Below, in pieces: positions 27,578 to 37,117 of a DNA stretch of 64,000 nucleotides; the first letter of the stretch is position 1; every line of letters starts with the position of its first letter. Below the pieces are notes generated by a model that saw nothing but the letters and a program-made list of their open reading frames with translations, did no database searches and was not told the origin of the DNA. This DNA comes from Candidatus Iainarchaeum sp. (GTDB lineage: Archaea; B1Sed10-29; WALL01): NCBI GenBank assembly GCA_023129115.1, contig JAGMCR010000009.1:6121-70120 (forward strand). The letters are read 5' to 3'. The translations under genes were made by a program, and so were the position numbers.

Positions 27578-27706
27578 TCACACAGCCTGCACTTTCTTTG
27601 CGAGTGGGGGGCGCTCCTTTGTGATTATCTTGTGGCCGCAGTAAGGGCACGTCACGAACTTTTCCACGTCGTCAATCTTTTTTCCGCAGTTCTGGCACGT
27701 GTACAT
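27578..27706 (-). CDS. rpoP: DNA-directed RNA polymerase subunit P (Rpo12)
   Basis: Own translation gives MYTCQNCGKKIDDVEKFVTCPYCGHKIITKERPPLAKKVQAV (42 aa, CxxC...CxxC zinc ribbon). It is too short for the ORF track and is wedged between eL43 and Brix. Confidence 0.8.
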   Translation of the reverse strand: MYTCQNCGKKIDDVEKFVTCPYCGHKIITKERPPLAKKVQAV

Positions 27707-28273
27707 CTACTTCGCCTCCTCTTCGGCTGGCTCTTCCTCTTCTTCAGGGTTTTCCTCACCAGAAGAACTGGGAGAGTCGCCAGTTGGCGACTCCCCGGTT
27801 GGAACGTTCTCCGGCTCTTCGGTTGGAGAGTCTTCTGCCTTTTCGGCTGTGGCTTCGGTTGGCTCGGCTGCCTTCTTGGCTTTCTTCTTGGCTTTCTTCT
27901 TGGCTTTCTTCTTGGCTGTCTTCTTCTTCGGAGCCGCCGCTTTCTTCGGCTCTTCTTTTTCTTCGACTGCCTCGTAGGCAGCGATGATTTCTTCCTTGGC
28001 CGCGCCCTGGACAGCGCGCTGGCTTATCCTGCCGACGTCTGTTTGGGGGGCGTACGCGCCGCCGGCCAGCTTGGTCCTGCACTTGGTGCACTCCCAGATG
28101 CCGGTCGAGACGCGCTTCAGCGAGACCTTGCCGCACTGCGGGCACTTGTGCTTGGACTTGGCCTTAGCCTCCGCCTTTCGCACGTTCTCGCGGATTTTCC
28201 TTCCGTAGCGCGCGCCGTACCTTCCGGCTATGCCGACCTTCTTGGTCTTCCTCAGCCTCTTCCTTGTGGCCAT
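27707..28273 (-). CDS. rpl37ae: Ribosomal protein eL43 (L37Ae) with a roughly 100-aa charged low-complexity C-terminal extension
   Basis: MATRKRLRKTKKVGIAGRYGARYG...CPQCGK...CTKCR is the eL43 zinc-ribbon core. It is followed by a KKKA-repeat and an acidic tail. I start at ATG 28273. Confidence 0.8.
   Translation of the reverse strand: MATRKRLRKTKKVGIAGRYGARYGRKIRENVRKAEAKAKSKHKCPQCGKVSLKRVSTGIWECTKCRTKLAGGAYAPQTDVGRISQRAVQGAAKEEIIAAYEAVEEKEEPKKAAAPKKKTAKKKAKKKAKKKAKKAAEPTEATAEKAEDSPTEEPENVPTGESPTGDSPSSSGEENPEEEEEPAEEEAK
27872..27919. repeat. Four tandem 12-bp units (CTTCTTGGCTTT) inside the eL43 extension
   Basis: 27872-27883, 27884-27895 and 27896-27907 are identical. 27908-27919 has one change. 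They encode KKAKKKAKKKAKKK on the minus strand. Confidence 0.85.
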
Positions 28274-28284
28274 GCCAAACCGCC

Positions 28285-29067
28285 TCACAATAGCTTTGTC
28301 AGTTCCTTTGACTTCTTGAAGGACATGTCGACGAGCTCGTCGATTTCCTTCATTGTGAAAGAGCCGTTCCCGCCCTTCTGCATGGCGCATATCCTGTCGC
28401 CGACCGTTGCCACGGTGAGCCTGGCGTCAAGCGCCTTGTCCTCGCCGAGCGACGGGTCGAGCATCAGCATGTCGCCAATCTTGAAGAAAGTGCACTCCAC
28501 TGGCTTCTTCTGCACCGACAGCTTGCCCTTCGTCTCCTCGCGGATGACTTTGCCGTCCTCGTACTTCGGCATCTTCGTGTTCAGCAGGGCCGAAATCGCG
28601 GCCAATGCGAACGCGTCGAACAAGTTGCCGTTGTAGTCCAGGACATGCAGGTCAAGTATCACCATCCAGACCTCTTCGCCTTCTGTGACGCAGAGCTTTT
28701 CGAAGTCAAGGGTCCCGGACTCACGGATTCCGCGGTCCACGACTCTCGCGTACTCTACGGCGTTCGGCCTAGGCGGGCCGGACTCGAACATCGGCGACGC
28801 GATTGGCGTCAGCTCAACGCTCGTCATCAGCGTTCCTGCGTTCAGCTTGTCGGGGTAGGGCGTGCCCATCACGAGGCTTACGCCCGCGATGACTTCCGTC
28901 TTCCCGAGCCTCACGCGGGTCGAGCCGAGGGCGTTGGGTATGTAGCCGTTCTCGAGCTCTATTTTCCTGTACTCGAACGGCTTGCGCTTGTCTTCCCTCA
29001 TCTTTTTCTTCGCCAAGTGGCGGGTGTAGTCAGTCTTTATTTCCCATGAAATGTCTTCAACAGTCAT
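28285..29067 (-). CDS. rrp42: Exosome complex component Rrp42
   Basis: RNase-PH-like fold length and sequence. It lies immediately downstream of Rrp41 in the conserved order. Confidence 0.8.
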   Translation of the reverse strand: MTVEDISWEIKTDYTRHLAKKKMREDKRKPFEYRKIELENGYIPNALGSTRVRLGKTEVIAGVSLVMGTPYPDKLNAGTLMTSVELTPIASPMFESGPPRPNAVEYARVVDRGIRESGTLDFEKLCVTEGEEVWMVILDLHVLDYNGNLFDAFALAAISALLNTKMPKYEDGKVIREETKGKLSVQKKPVECTFFKIGDMLMLDPSLGEDKALDARLTVATVGDRICAMQKGGNGSFTMKEIDELVDMSFKKSKELTKLL

Positions 29068-29804
29068 TCCTTGCCACCCCCTTTCTTGAAGCGCTCAGTA
29101 AGTGCCTTCTTCTGCAGCTCATAGATTTGCTTGGCTGCCTTGACAGACATGTCAATTGCCTCCTTGAACTCTTCCTTTGTCAGGTCACCGTCCATCTGCA
29201 GCAGAACGATTTCCTCGCTGTGCGGCAGGATGGCGATTGGCACGTCGGCCTGGCCGAAGTTGTCCTCTTTTTTGCCCAGGTCAAGCACGACGGTGTCGTC
29301 GATTTTGCCTGCGGCGCATGACACAATCAGGTCCCTCATGGGGAGCCCGGCGTCGGCTGCGGCGACCGCGGCCGCGGTAAGCGCGGCGCAGCGCGTGCCC
29401 GCATCTGCCTGGAGGACTTCCACGAACACGTTAATCATTGTGTTGGGGAACTTCTCTACCTCGATGACTCTCTCGAGCGCCTCTGCCGAGATTTTGCTTA
29501 TCTCGGTGGACCTGCGGTCGGGGCCCGGCCTCTTCCGGTCGTCCACAGAAAATGGCGCCATGTTGTAGCGGTAGGTGAGGTATGCCTTGTAGGGGCTGGA
29601 CCTGTGCCTCGGGAGGCACTCGCGCGGGCCGTAGACGCCTGCGATTACCTTGTTCCCACCCCACTCCAAATAAGCGGAGCCATTAGCGTTGTCGAGCACT
29701 CCTGCCTTGATTGTTATCGGCCTGAGCTCGTCGGGCTTTCTCCCGTCCAAGCGCTTTCCGTTTTTTATTAGTTTCAAATCACTTTTCATTCCCATCTTTT
29801 CCAC
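29064..29804 (-). CDS. rrp41: Exosome complex exonuclease Rrp41 (RNase PH family)
   Basis: [13 protein letters not shown] start and RNase PH core motifs. It shows the conserved Rrp4-Rrp41-Rrp42 order. Confidence 0.85.
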   Translation of the reverse strand: MEKMGMKSDLKLIKNGKRLDGRKPDELRPITIKAGVLDNANGSAYLEWGGNKVIAGVYGPRECLPRHRSSPYKAYLTYRYNMAPFSVDDRKRPGPDRRSTEISKISAEALERVIEVEKFPNTMINVFVEVLQADAGTRCAALTAAAVAAADAGLPMRDLIVSCAAGKIDDTVVLDLGKKEDNFGQADVPIAILPHSEEIVLLQMDGDLTKEEFKEAIDMSVKAAKQIYELQKKALTERFKKGGGKE

Positions 29805-30432
29805 CTGTCTCCAATAGTTTCTTTATCCTGTCTGTAAGTCCTTTAGTGTGAGCCTCGCGCTCTATGAGGCGGATGGCCGCCTCGGCGCGAGCGATGTCCT
29901 CTTCTTCTCCCTTGATGTATATCCGGCCGTTGCGGCCGACGAATATCCTGCAGTTGCTCCCCGCCGCCAGGGTCTCGACCATGGACGCCTGCCTGCCGAC
30001 GATGCGGGGTATCTTGACCGGGGAAACGTTAATCAGCTTGCCGCCGTACAGCGGCTTCGCGAAGTCAAGGTCCATCTTGTTGATTTCGTTGACGTGCTTG
30101 ATTTCCATTATCATGAGGTCGCCGATTTTGTACTCCCTGTCGCCGAAAAACGATAGGTAGCCGGTGTATGCCGAGTTTATGTCGACGAAGCAGCCCTTGC
30201 CCATGAGGCCCTCGATGATGCCAATCACGTGGTCGCCCTCGCGCGGCATGTACCTGCCGTTGAGCGGGACTACTTTGGCGAATCCCTTGGACGTGTCCAC
30301 AAGGCCCATGACGTCCGCATAAACGCCGTCCTTTTTCTTGAAGGTCCCGTGTCCAGCCCTCAGCTCTTTTCCTCCAGCGATTTTTTCGCCGGGAATAACT
30401 ACTTCACGCATTTCTCTCTTCCTTCCCAACAA
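29779..30432 (-). CDS. rrp4: Exosome RNA-binding subunit Rrp4 (S1 + KH)
   Basis: N-terminal VIPGEKIA, S1-like and KH-like regions. The start may be the internal ATG at residue 8. Confidence 0.8.
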   Translation of the reverse strand: MLGRKREMREVVIPGEKIAGGKELRAGHGTFKKKDGVYADVMGLVDTSKGFAKVVPLNGRYMPREGDHVIGIIEGLMGKGCFVDINSAYTGYLSFFGDREYKIGDLMIMEIKHVNEINKMDLDFAKPLYGGKLINVSPVKIPRIVGRQASMVETLAAGSNCRIFVGRNGRIYIKGEEEDIARAEAAIRLIEREAHTKGLTDRIKKLLETGGKDGNEK

Positions 30433-30435
30433 AAC

Positions 30436-31131
30436 TTAGATTGTTTCTATTAGCTTGGTTTCTACCGAGCCATGGGTTGATGAATTAAGCTTATCATAAA
30501 CAGCCGACTGCATTCCCGCCGGCATTTCGACGACTGCCACGAGTGAGCCGTCGTTCTTCCACTCCTCTTTCACCCTCTTCAGGTCGTGCAAGAGCCCGTA
30601 GACCTTGCCCGTGTACTGCGGCGGCACGCGGATTTCGACGCGGACCAGCGCGAACTTGATTGGCAGCACGGGCCGCAGCTTCTCGACGACTTCGTCGACC
30701 TGCCGCGACGTGGCCTTTACGGGGTCGATGTGCACCTTCGCCTCGTCCATCGCCTTCTCGATTCGGGCGGGCGGGTGCGGCGTGTTGCTCCTCGGGTCAA
30801 TCGCGTTCTGGGCGATTGCATTGATTATCTGCTTTTTCTTGGCCTTGATGAGCTCCTTCCGCTGCTCCGTCGTCATCTGGATTTCGCCTTTCGCGATTAT
30901 CCTCTTCGCGACCTTGTCGAAGTCCGTGGTGCCGAACGACTCCTTCAGGGCCTCTTCGCTGGCCTTCTCCGCCTTGGACGCGTCGCGGTAGACCTCGTCC
31001 GAGGCCACCCAGTCCCTGACCGGGAGGTCTTTCTCCTTTGCCTCTGCCGCCATCTCGGGGTCCACGAGTATCTCGAAGTGGTGGCCGTGCGTCGTGAGCC
31101 TTGCGATGACAGCGTCGTCCAGTGAAATCAT
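30436..31131 (-). CDS. SBDS/Sdo1 ribosome maturation protein
   Basis: MISLDDAVIARLTTHGHHFEILVDP is the SBDS N-terminal signature. The start overlaps the psmA stop (TAATG). The longer track ORF is spurious. Confidence 0.85.
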   Translation of the reverse strand: MISLDDAVIARLTTHGHHFEILVDPEMAAEAKEKDLPVRDWVASDEVYRDASKAEKASEEALKESFGTTDFDKVAKRIIAKGEIQMTTEQRKELIKAKKKQIINAIAQNAIDPRSNTPHPPARIEKAMDEAKVHIDPVKATSRQVDEVVEKLRPVLPIKFALVRVEIRVPPQYTGKVYGLLHDLKRVKEEWKNDGSLVAVVEMPAGMQSAVYDKLNSSTHGSVETKLIETI

Positions 31132-31844
31132 TACTTTCCCTTCAATGCCTTCTTTATCTCGTCCTGCGTCATCTTGACGAACTTCCTGTCCGCCGCAGAA
31201 ACATAGGAAATCGCGATTGTGTCCGCCGACGCGGACTTGCCGCCCGCCCTCTTGAGCGCCTTGAGCGCCAGCTTTATCGCGTCGTCGCGCGACGCCTGGG
31301 CGCTGTACTCCTTCTCGAACAATGCCTCGACCTCTTTCTTGTTGGAGCCGATGGCCACGGCAAATACTTCGCTGAACGCGCCGCTGGGGTCTGTCTCGAA
31401 GAGCTTTGCCCCCGAGTCGTCGACGCCCATTATGAGGAGAGACGTCCCGAACGGCCTCGTGCCGCCGTACTGCGTGTACATCTGCTTGAGGTCGCACACG
31501 TCCTTGGTGAGCACCTCGATGCGCACCGGCTCGTTGTACGCGACTTTCTCGCGCTGCGCCTCGACGCGGGCGTAATGGATTAGCCTGCGCGCGTCGGCGA
31601 CCAGGCCCGAAGTGGCTGCGCCGACGTGCTCGTCAATCTTGAATATTTTTTCTATGGACGCTGCCTTGACGAGGCGCGTCTTAAGGTTCTTGTCTGTCGC
31701 GAGGAGCACGCCGTCGCCGTAAACAATGCCGATTGCGGTCGTGCCGCGCTTGACTGCCTCGCGGGCGTACTCTACCTGGAACAGCCTGCCGTCAGGTGAG
31801 AATACAGTGATTGCCCTATCATATGCTGAAGAAGCTGGATACAT
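31131..31844 (-). CDS. psmA: Proteasome alpha subunit
   Basis: YDRAITVFSPDGRLFQVEYA is the hallmark alpha-subunit motif. Confidence 0.9.
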   Translation of the reverse strand: MYPASSAYDRAITVFSPDGRLFQVEYAREAVKRGTTAIGIVYGDGVLLATDKNLKTRLVKAASIEKIFKIDEHVGAATSGLVADARRLIHYARVEAQREKVAYNEPVRIEVLTKDVCDLKQMYTQYGGTRPFGTSLLIMGVDDSGAKLFETDPSGAFSEVFAVAIGSNKKEVEALFEKEYSAQASRDDAIKLALKALKRAGGKSASADTIAISYVSAADRKFVKMTQDEIKKALKGK

Positions 31845-31905
31845 TACTAAAACACCCCATTTTCCTTTTTTCTCTTAATTCGGCGTATATTACAATTCAA
31901 GCCCT

Positions 31906-32229
31906 TTAAATACCTTTGGCTTTCCGGATTGTCTTGAGCGTGCCGGACACGCTTAAAACCGTGATTCTCGCCTTTTCTCCCTTTATTTGGCCCACGAAGG
32001 CCAGGGCGATGAGGATATTGTCGAGCCATTCGTGGGTGCACCTGCAGATTCCAACACCCTTTTCGTACTCGATTATCGAGAAGTTGGCGCGTGCGTAGCC
32101 GTCCTCGCCGAACAGCGAGAGGACCGAGTTGCTGATGGCCTGGGAAACGTCTTTTTCAGTGGTGGGGCCGTGGACCTTGAACTCTATGTAGCGGCGCTTC
32201 TCGCGGAGAGTCGGGGGGAACGGCTTCAT
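31906..32229 (-). CDS. RNase P protein component 2 (Pop5)
   Basis: The PPTLREKRRYIEFKV start is typical of archaeal Pop5. It is adjacent to the Rpp30-like gene. Confidence 0.75.
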   Translation of the reverse strand: MKPFPPTLREKRRYIEFKVHGPTTEKDVSQAISNSVLSLFGEDGYARANFSIIEYEKGVGICRCTHEWLDNILIALAFVGQIKGEKARITVLSVSGTLKTIRKAKGI

Positions 32230-32684
32230 TGCTGTGCCTCCATCACGTACTCAGGCGCCTTTGAAATCGCCCACTTGGCCTGCTGGCGCGTCAGGCCGAG
32301 GAATACGCCGAATGCAATCAGTTGCTCGGGCGAGCGGAGCTCGAACTCGTCTTCCGCGCCGGAAGCAAGTATAATCCTGTTTTTCTTTTTGAGGCAGAGC
32401 TGAATCAACTTGCGGTAAGCCACAATCAAGCGAATTCTCTTGAATTTACTTGCGTTCAAAAACTGGCGGAAAGTGACTGCGATGGCTATGTCGTTGTCCT
32501 TCGCCACTTGCAAAGTGGCGGTGTCGATTGTCATCTTGCCGCTGTCCATGGGGTCGAGGAGGACCTGGGTGCGCGAGCGCGCGATTTTTTTGTTGGCTTC
32601 CTCGGTCCCGCCCTTCGTGGACTTCACGGGCTTCGCTGGCGAAAACCCTTCTTCTTTCCTGAAGGCGAACAAGTCGTAATACAC
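32226..32684 (-). CDS. RNase P protein component 3 (Rpp30-like), short form
   Basis: YYDLFAF... start and a TIM-barrel-like remainder. I chose GTG 32684, about 25 nt downstream of a TATA-like TTTATATT box. The upstream ATG 32786 of the track ORF is the alternative. Confidence 0.55.
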   Translation of the reverse strand: MYYDLFAFRKEEGFSPAKPVKSTKGGTEEANKKIARSRTQVLLDPMDSGKMTIDTATLQVAKDNDIAIAVTFRQFLNASKFKRIRLIVAYRKLIQLCLKKKNRIILASGAEDEFELRSPEQLIAFGVFLGLTRQQAKWAISKAPEYVMEAQQ

Positions 32685-32814
32685 GCTGTTTAATGGGCAA
32701 AGGCGGCAATATAAAGGGGTACGCTTATAAAGCCCAGCACGCAGAATGGATGCTACTCGCTTAGAGTGCCGTGAATGTGGGCGCAATGCCTGAACGCGGG
32801 GGAAGTGACCAATA

Positions 32815-33390
32815 ATGGGAGCTTATAAGTACATTCAAAAGACTATGCAGCAGGAGTACGCCAAGCGCGACGAGAACTACAAGCAGAGGCTCATCGCGAT
32901 GAGGCGCGAGCCGACCGTGACCCGGCTCGAGAAGCCGACCAACCTTGCCAGCGCCCGGAGCATCGGCTACAAGGCCAAGCAGGGCTTTGTGGTGGCGCGC
33001 GTCCGCGTCACGCGCGGGAGCGGGATGCAGACCCGCCCCAACAAGGGAAGGCGCCCGAAGCGCATGGGCGTGAACAAGCTCACGCGCGGCAAGAGCAAGC
33101 AGTCGATGGCTGAAGAGAAGGCACAGAGGAAGTTCAAGAACCTCGAGGTGCTGAACTCGTACTGGATTGCAGAAGACGGGCAGCACAAGTGGTTCGAGAT
33201 AGTCATGGTCGACCCCTCGCACCCGAGCATCGCCAATGACCCCAAAGTGTCGTGGACCGCTAGCCAGCGCGGCAGGGTGTACCGCGGAAAGACTTCTGCC
33301 GGCAGGAAAGGAAGGGGCATCACCAAGCGCGGCAAGGGCACGGAGAAGACCCGGCCGAGCATCAGGAGCAAAGAGAGGAAGGGGAAGTGA
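32815..33390 (+). CDS. rpl15e: Ribosomal protein eL15
   Basis: MGAYKYIQKTMQQEY... and a basic composition typical of L15e. Confidence 0.85.
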   Translation: MGAYKYIQKTMQQEYAKRDENYKQRLIAMRREPTVTRLEKPTNLASARSIGYKAKQGFVVARVRVTRGSGMQTRPNKGRRPKRMGVNKLTRGKSKQSMAEEKAQRKFKNLEVLNSYWIAEDGQHKWFEIVMVDPSHPSIANDPKVSWTASQRGRVYRGKTSAGRKGRGITKRGKGTEKTRPSIRSKERKGK

Positions 33391-33395
33391 TTTGA

Positions 33396-33938
33396 ATGGC
33401 AAAGAAGAGCAAAAGGCCGGCAAGCTGCTACAAGAAGCCGCCCAAGCACGCCTACACGCGGACAGCCAAAAAAGTTGTGAAGAAAGCGTTCGTGCGTGGT
33501 GTGCCCAACGTCACCATTTTCCACTTTGACATGGGGAGCTCGGGCAAGAAGTACAAGTACGTCGTGAAGCTCATTTCCAAGAACGCTGTCCAGGTCAGGC
33601 ACAACGCGCTCGAGGCCACGAGGATTGTGGTGAACAGGACCCTCCAGAAGACCATCGGCCTGGAGAACTACCACTTCCAGATAAGGATTTATCCCCACCA
33701 CGTCATGAGGGAAAACGCGATTATCTCCGGGGCAGGGGCAGACCGGCTCCAGACCGGGATGAAGCACGCGTTCGGCAAGCCAATCGGCAAGGCGGCGCGC
33801 GTCAAGCGCAACCAGGCCATGATGACCATCAAGGTCAACACGAAAGCCAACACCGAGAAGGCGAGGCAGGCGTTCAAGAAAATCGTCGCCAAGCTGCCGA
33901 CGGCGTGCGCAATCGTGGTGGAAGAGCTCAAGAAATGA
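33396..33938 (+). CDS. rpl10e: Ribosomal protein uL16 (L10e)
   Basis: RPASCYKKPPKHAYTR...RIYPHHVMRENA is typical of L10e. Confidence 0.85.
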   Translation: MAKKSKRPASCYKKPPKHAYTRTAKKVVKKAFVRGVPNVTIFHFDMGSSGKKYKYVVKLISKNAVQVRHNALEATRIVVNRTLQKTIGLENYHFQIRIYPHHVMRENAIISGAGADRLQTGMKHAFGKPIGKAARVKRNQAMMTIKVNTKANTEKARQAFKKIVAKLPTACAIVVEELKK

Positions 33939-34822
33939 TTCCCGAAGAAGTCGTCAGGGAGCTGAAGGGAAAAAAGAACGCGCGCGTTCTGGTCCAGCTC
34001 CCCGAGGGCCTCAAGACAAAAGCAGTCGAGATTGCTGGTGAGCTGCGGCAAAAGGGCTTCGAGCCCATTGTTTCCGGGGACCTGTGCTTCGGCGCCTGTG
34101 ACCTGAAGACACTGAAGGGCGCGACGACGCTGCACGTCGGCCACTCCGAGTTCGTGAGGCAGGAAAATGTTGTCTACTGGGAATACGATTACGGCCAGGG
34201 CCTGGTCCCCGCGGCCGAGAAGGCATTGCCGCTGTTGGGGGAGCGGGTCGGATTGTTCACCACGGTGCAGCACCTCAAGAAGATTGGAGAGGCGAAAAAG
34301 TTTCTTGAGGGAAAAGGAAAAACCGTGCTCACCGCCGCAGGAAAAACGACGCGCGACTACCAGATACTCGGGTGCGACGCCGCGGGCGCGGTGAAGATAA
34401 AGGGCGGGGTCGACTCTTTCCTTTACATCGGCGGCGGAAGGTTCCACCCGATTGCGATTGCATATTACACTGGGAAGCCCGTGGTTGCAATTGACCCGTT
34501 TTCCCTCGAGCTGCAGGAAATCGATTCCGCGGTTTGGGAAAAAGACCGCGCGCTGCGGCAGACCAAGGCCATGAACGCAAGTAGTTACGGAATACTTGTT
34601 TCTTCCAAGCCCGGCCAGAAGAACTGGAACCTCGCGGAAACAATAAAGAAAAAGCTTGAGTCGGCTGGAAAGGAAACGCTCGTCATTTATCTTGAGAACA
34701 TTACTCCAGACACTTTGCTGCCGTACGGCGTGGACGCCTTCGTTGTTACTGCGTGCCCCCGCATCGTTGTCGACGACTGGAAGAGCTACAAGAAGGCAGT
34801 GCTGCTCCCGGAGGAAGTGTAA
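33935..34822 (+). CDS. dph2: Diphthamide synthesis protein Dph2 (2-(3-amino-3-carboxypropyl)histidine synthase)
   Basis: VLVQLPEGLK start and conserved Cys positions. ATG 33935 overlaps the uL16 stop (ATGA). Confidence 0.75.
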   Translation: MIPEEVVRELKGKKNARVLVQLPEGLKTKAVEIAGELRQKGFEPIVSGDLCFGACDLKTLKGATTLHVGHSEFVRQENVVYWEYDYGQGLVPAAEKALPLLGERVGLFTTVQHLKKIGEAKKFLEGKGKTVLTAAGKTTRDYQILGCDAAGAVKIKGGVDSFLYIGGGRFHPIAIAYYTGKPVVAIDPFSLELQEIDSAVWEKDRALRQTKAMNASSYGILVSSKPGQKNWNLAETIKKKLESAGKETLVIYLENITPDTLLPYGVDAFVVTACPRIVVDDWKSYKKAVLLPEEV

Positions 34823-35676
34823 TGCTTGGCTGGTTCGGGTTCGCCGTCCTGGCGATGTCGCTCTACGCAATCCAGAACTTTCTCTCCAAGGGCGCGATGG
34901 AAAAGAAGTGCAACTCGGCCACTGTCATGTCCATCTTCTTCGCCACTGCGGGGCTGTTGGCCGCCGGGGCAATGCTCGTCACGGGAGAGGCGTGGGCCAA
35001 CAGCTGGACCGTGTTCCTCGCTTTGGCCGTCATCAACGGCTCCTGCTTTCTCATGGGCTCGATAGCCCGGCTTGAGGCGCTGAAGTACCTGCCGCTCATC
35101 ATGGTCTATCCCATGAAAAAAATGGACGTCGCCATCATCGCTGTGGTGGGGCTGCTGTTTTTCGGCGAGGCCTTGTCGCTGGCCCAGGGCATTGGGGTGG
35201 TGCTGGCGATTGCGGTAATCTGGGTCCTCGCCATGGACAAAAAAGCCGAAAAGCCAAAGGACTTCAGGAAGGGAATCGTGCTGGTCGGGATTGCGATACT
35301 CTTTTTTACAGTTACCGATGTCGTGCTGAAGCCTGCCGCGAGCGAGGGGAGTATCTACATGTTCATTGTGGTGGCGTACGGCCTGATGCTTTTGCCGTCC
35401 CTCCTGCTGCAGAAGAGGCTTGGCAAGGACAGGAGCGCCTCGCTCGAGACGACGCTGAAGTGGGGCGTGGCGATTGGCGTGGTGAACTTTTTCGCGATTA
35501 CTGCATTGCTCACGTCACTAATGGATGGGCCGCTGTCCATAGTGTTCCCGATTACTGCGCTCGCCGTCCCGCTCGCGGGGGCGCTGAGTGTTGTGTTCTA
35601 CAAGGAAAAGCTCACGGTGAACCGCATCGTCGGGGTGCTGCTCGCGGTCGCCGTGCTCGTGCTGATGAGCATGTAG
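34822..35676 (+). CDS. EamA/DMT-family transporter
   Basis: About ten hydrophobic helices in a two-repeat layout. ATG 34822 overlaps the dph2 stop (TAATG). Confidence 0.65.
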   Translation: MLGWFGFAVLAMSLYAIQNFLSKGAMEKKCNSATVMSIFFATAGLLAAGAMLVTGEAWANSWTVFLALAVINGSCFLMGSIARLEALKYLPLIMVYPMKKMDVAIIAVVGLLFFGEALSLAQGIGVVLAIAVIWVLAMDKKAEKPKDFRKGIVLVGIAILFFTVTDVVLKPAASEGSIYMFIVVAYGLMLLPSLLLQKRLGKDRSASLETTLKWGVAIGVVNFFAITALLTSLMDGPLSIVFPITALAVPLAGALSVVFYKEKLTVNRIVGVLLAVAVLVLMSM

Positions 35677-35708
35677 TAATTTAAACCGAGCCGCCCCTTT
35701 TTGTTTTC

Positions 35709-36185
35709 GTGAAAAAAGAAATCATCGCAGTGCTTGTGCTGCTGGCCATGGCATGGCTCAGCATGCCCCAGCTGGACCACCACGTTGAGCCGTGGCTCGA
35801 CACCGTGGTGCTTCCGGGCGAAGTCGAGGCAGCGCGCTGGGTGAAAAACAATGTCGACGGCCTGTTTCTCGCGGGAATCTTCGGCGGGGAGCTCGTAATG
35901 GGCATCGCAAGCCAGCCGTCGCTCGTCGGCGGCGACTGGGCCGCTAACATTAATTCGCCCAAGCAAATGAGCGACATGGACGAGTTTTATAAGACGGATT
36001 CTGCGGATAAAGCAGAAGAAATCTGGCGCAACTACAACGCGAGCTACGCCTGGTTCCCGGCGCGCCAGGTCTACGCCGGCTACGGGTGGATAGGCGCCAA
36101 CGAGGAAAAGATGAGTGACCCGCGGTTCGAGGTCGTGTACACAAACCCGGAGGTGAGGGTATACAAATTAAGCGAGAGCACATAG
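35709..36185 (+). CDS. Membrane-anchored extracytoplasmic domain protein; resembles the C-terminal soluble domain of GT-C glycosyltransferases (tentative)
   Basis: One N-terminal TM helix, then ...ARWVKNNVD...DEFYKTDSADKAEEIW...DPRFEVVYTNPEVRVYKL. This pattern recalls AglB/PMT C-terminal domains, but without a WWDYG motif. GTG start. Confidence 0.45.
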   Translation: MKKEIIAVLVLLAMAWLSMPQLDHHVEPWLDTVVLPGEVEAARWVKNNVDGLFLAGIFGGELVMGIASQPSLVGGDWAANINSPKQMSDMDEFYKTDSADKAEEIWRNYNASYAWFPARQVYAGYGWIGANEEKMSDPRFEVVYTNPEVRVYKLSEST

Positions 36186-36199
36186 CACTCGCCGCCGCA

Positions 36200-37117
36200 A
36201 TGCTGTTCGGCATCTGGTACCGGCTTAAGGCGCTCGAGGGGCTGGTGCACCCGACGTACGGCAACACGATGTACCACACCGGCATCATCAGGGCAATCGT
36301 CGAGACCGGTTTTATGCCCGTGTATGACCTGTCGTACGGCGGGTTTACCAAGAGCTTTTACGTGCCGGCGTACCGGCTGTTCACAGCGTCGGTCTCGAGC
36401 CTTTCCGGCACCGACCCAATTGTCTCGGCGGGGCTGATGGTCGTCGCGCTCGGCGCAGTATCGATATGCGCAATTTACCTGCTCGGGAAGGAGTTCGGCG
36501 GGCCGTGGGCAGGGGCTTGCTGTGCAATACTGTTCGTGCTGTCGCCCGAATTAACGATATACACGATAAGGCCGTTCCCCGAAGTGCTTGGCGTGCCCAT
36601 GCTCTTGCTGGCGCTTTACTTCGTGAAGAAGCAGGACCTCGGGATGGCCGTGCTTGCCTCGGTATTGACCGCACTCACGCACCAAACCAGCGCGGCGGTC
36701 CTCGGCTCGGTGCTGCTCGTCTATTCCGTGCTGGCGAGGGACAAAAAAGCTGCGGTGGCATTGCTCTCGATGTTCGTGGCGTACTTTGCGTGGCAGCTCT
36801 ACGCGCTCAACAGCCTAGACATATTTAGCATGAGGCAGATTGCTCTCAAGGAAAGCGGGAAAATCACGCTGATGCACGTCGAGCGGATTGGGTTGTTTGC
36901 ATTGCTGGCCGCGCCAATCGGCGCGATAAAAGCGGTGAAGAAAAGGCATTGGCTGCTCGCGTCGTTCGCAATCGCGGCGCTGCTGCTGGCGAAGAACGAG
37001 TGGCTAGGCATCGGGATATTCAACGACCGGCTCTTTACTTTCCTCGCGCTTGCGGTCGTTGTGCTTGGGGGCGTCGGCCTCGCAGAGCTGGGGAAGATGT
37101 GGGGTGAGGCAAAGTGA
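36200..37117 (+). CDS. Polytopic membrane protein, GT-C glycosyltransferase-like N-terminal module (tentative)
   Basis: About 8-9 TM helices. The first loop, HPTYGNTMYHTGIIRAIVETG, recalls the STT3/AglB D-x-x-YH-x-R loop. The frame is open 81 nt upstream of the ATG without a canonical start. Confidence 0.45.
   Translation: MLFGIWYRLKALEGLVHPTYGNTMYHTGIIRAIVETGFMPVYDLSYGGFTKSFYVPAYRLFTASVSSLSGTDPIVSAGLMVVALGAVSICAIYLLGKEFGGPWAGACCAILFVLSPELTIYTIRPFPEVLGVPMLLLALYFVKKQDLGMAVLASVLTALTHQTSAAVLGSVLLVYSVLARDKKAAVALLSMFVAYFAWQLYALNSLDIFSMRQIALKESGKITLMHVERIGLFALLAAPIGAIKAVKKRHWLLASFAIAALLLAKNEWLGIGIFNDRLFTFLALAVVVLGGVGLAELGKMWGEAK

Noticed and set aside
27872-27919. Tandem 12-bp repeats considered as a mini CRISPR-like or satellite array.
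   Set aside because: The units are contiguous without spacers. They lie in frame inside the eL43 ORF and encode a KKKA repeat. This is a coding microsatellite, not a CRISPR array.
26181-28636. Plus-strand ORFs 26181-26915, 26807-27508 and 27632-28636 across the prefoldin/Pcc1/Brix/RpoP/eL43 block.
   Set aside because: They are low-complexity shadow ORFs opposite well-supported minus-strand superoperon genes.
33689-34870. 393-aa minus-strand ORF opposite uL16 and dph2. Similar cases are 39289-40713 (-), opposite pdxS, and 49012-50034 (+), opposite coaD and pyrH.
   Set aside because: They are antisense shadows in GC-rich coding DNA. The opposite-strand genes carry diagnostic motifs.
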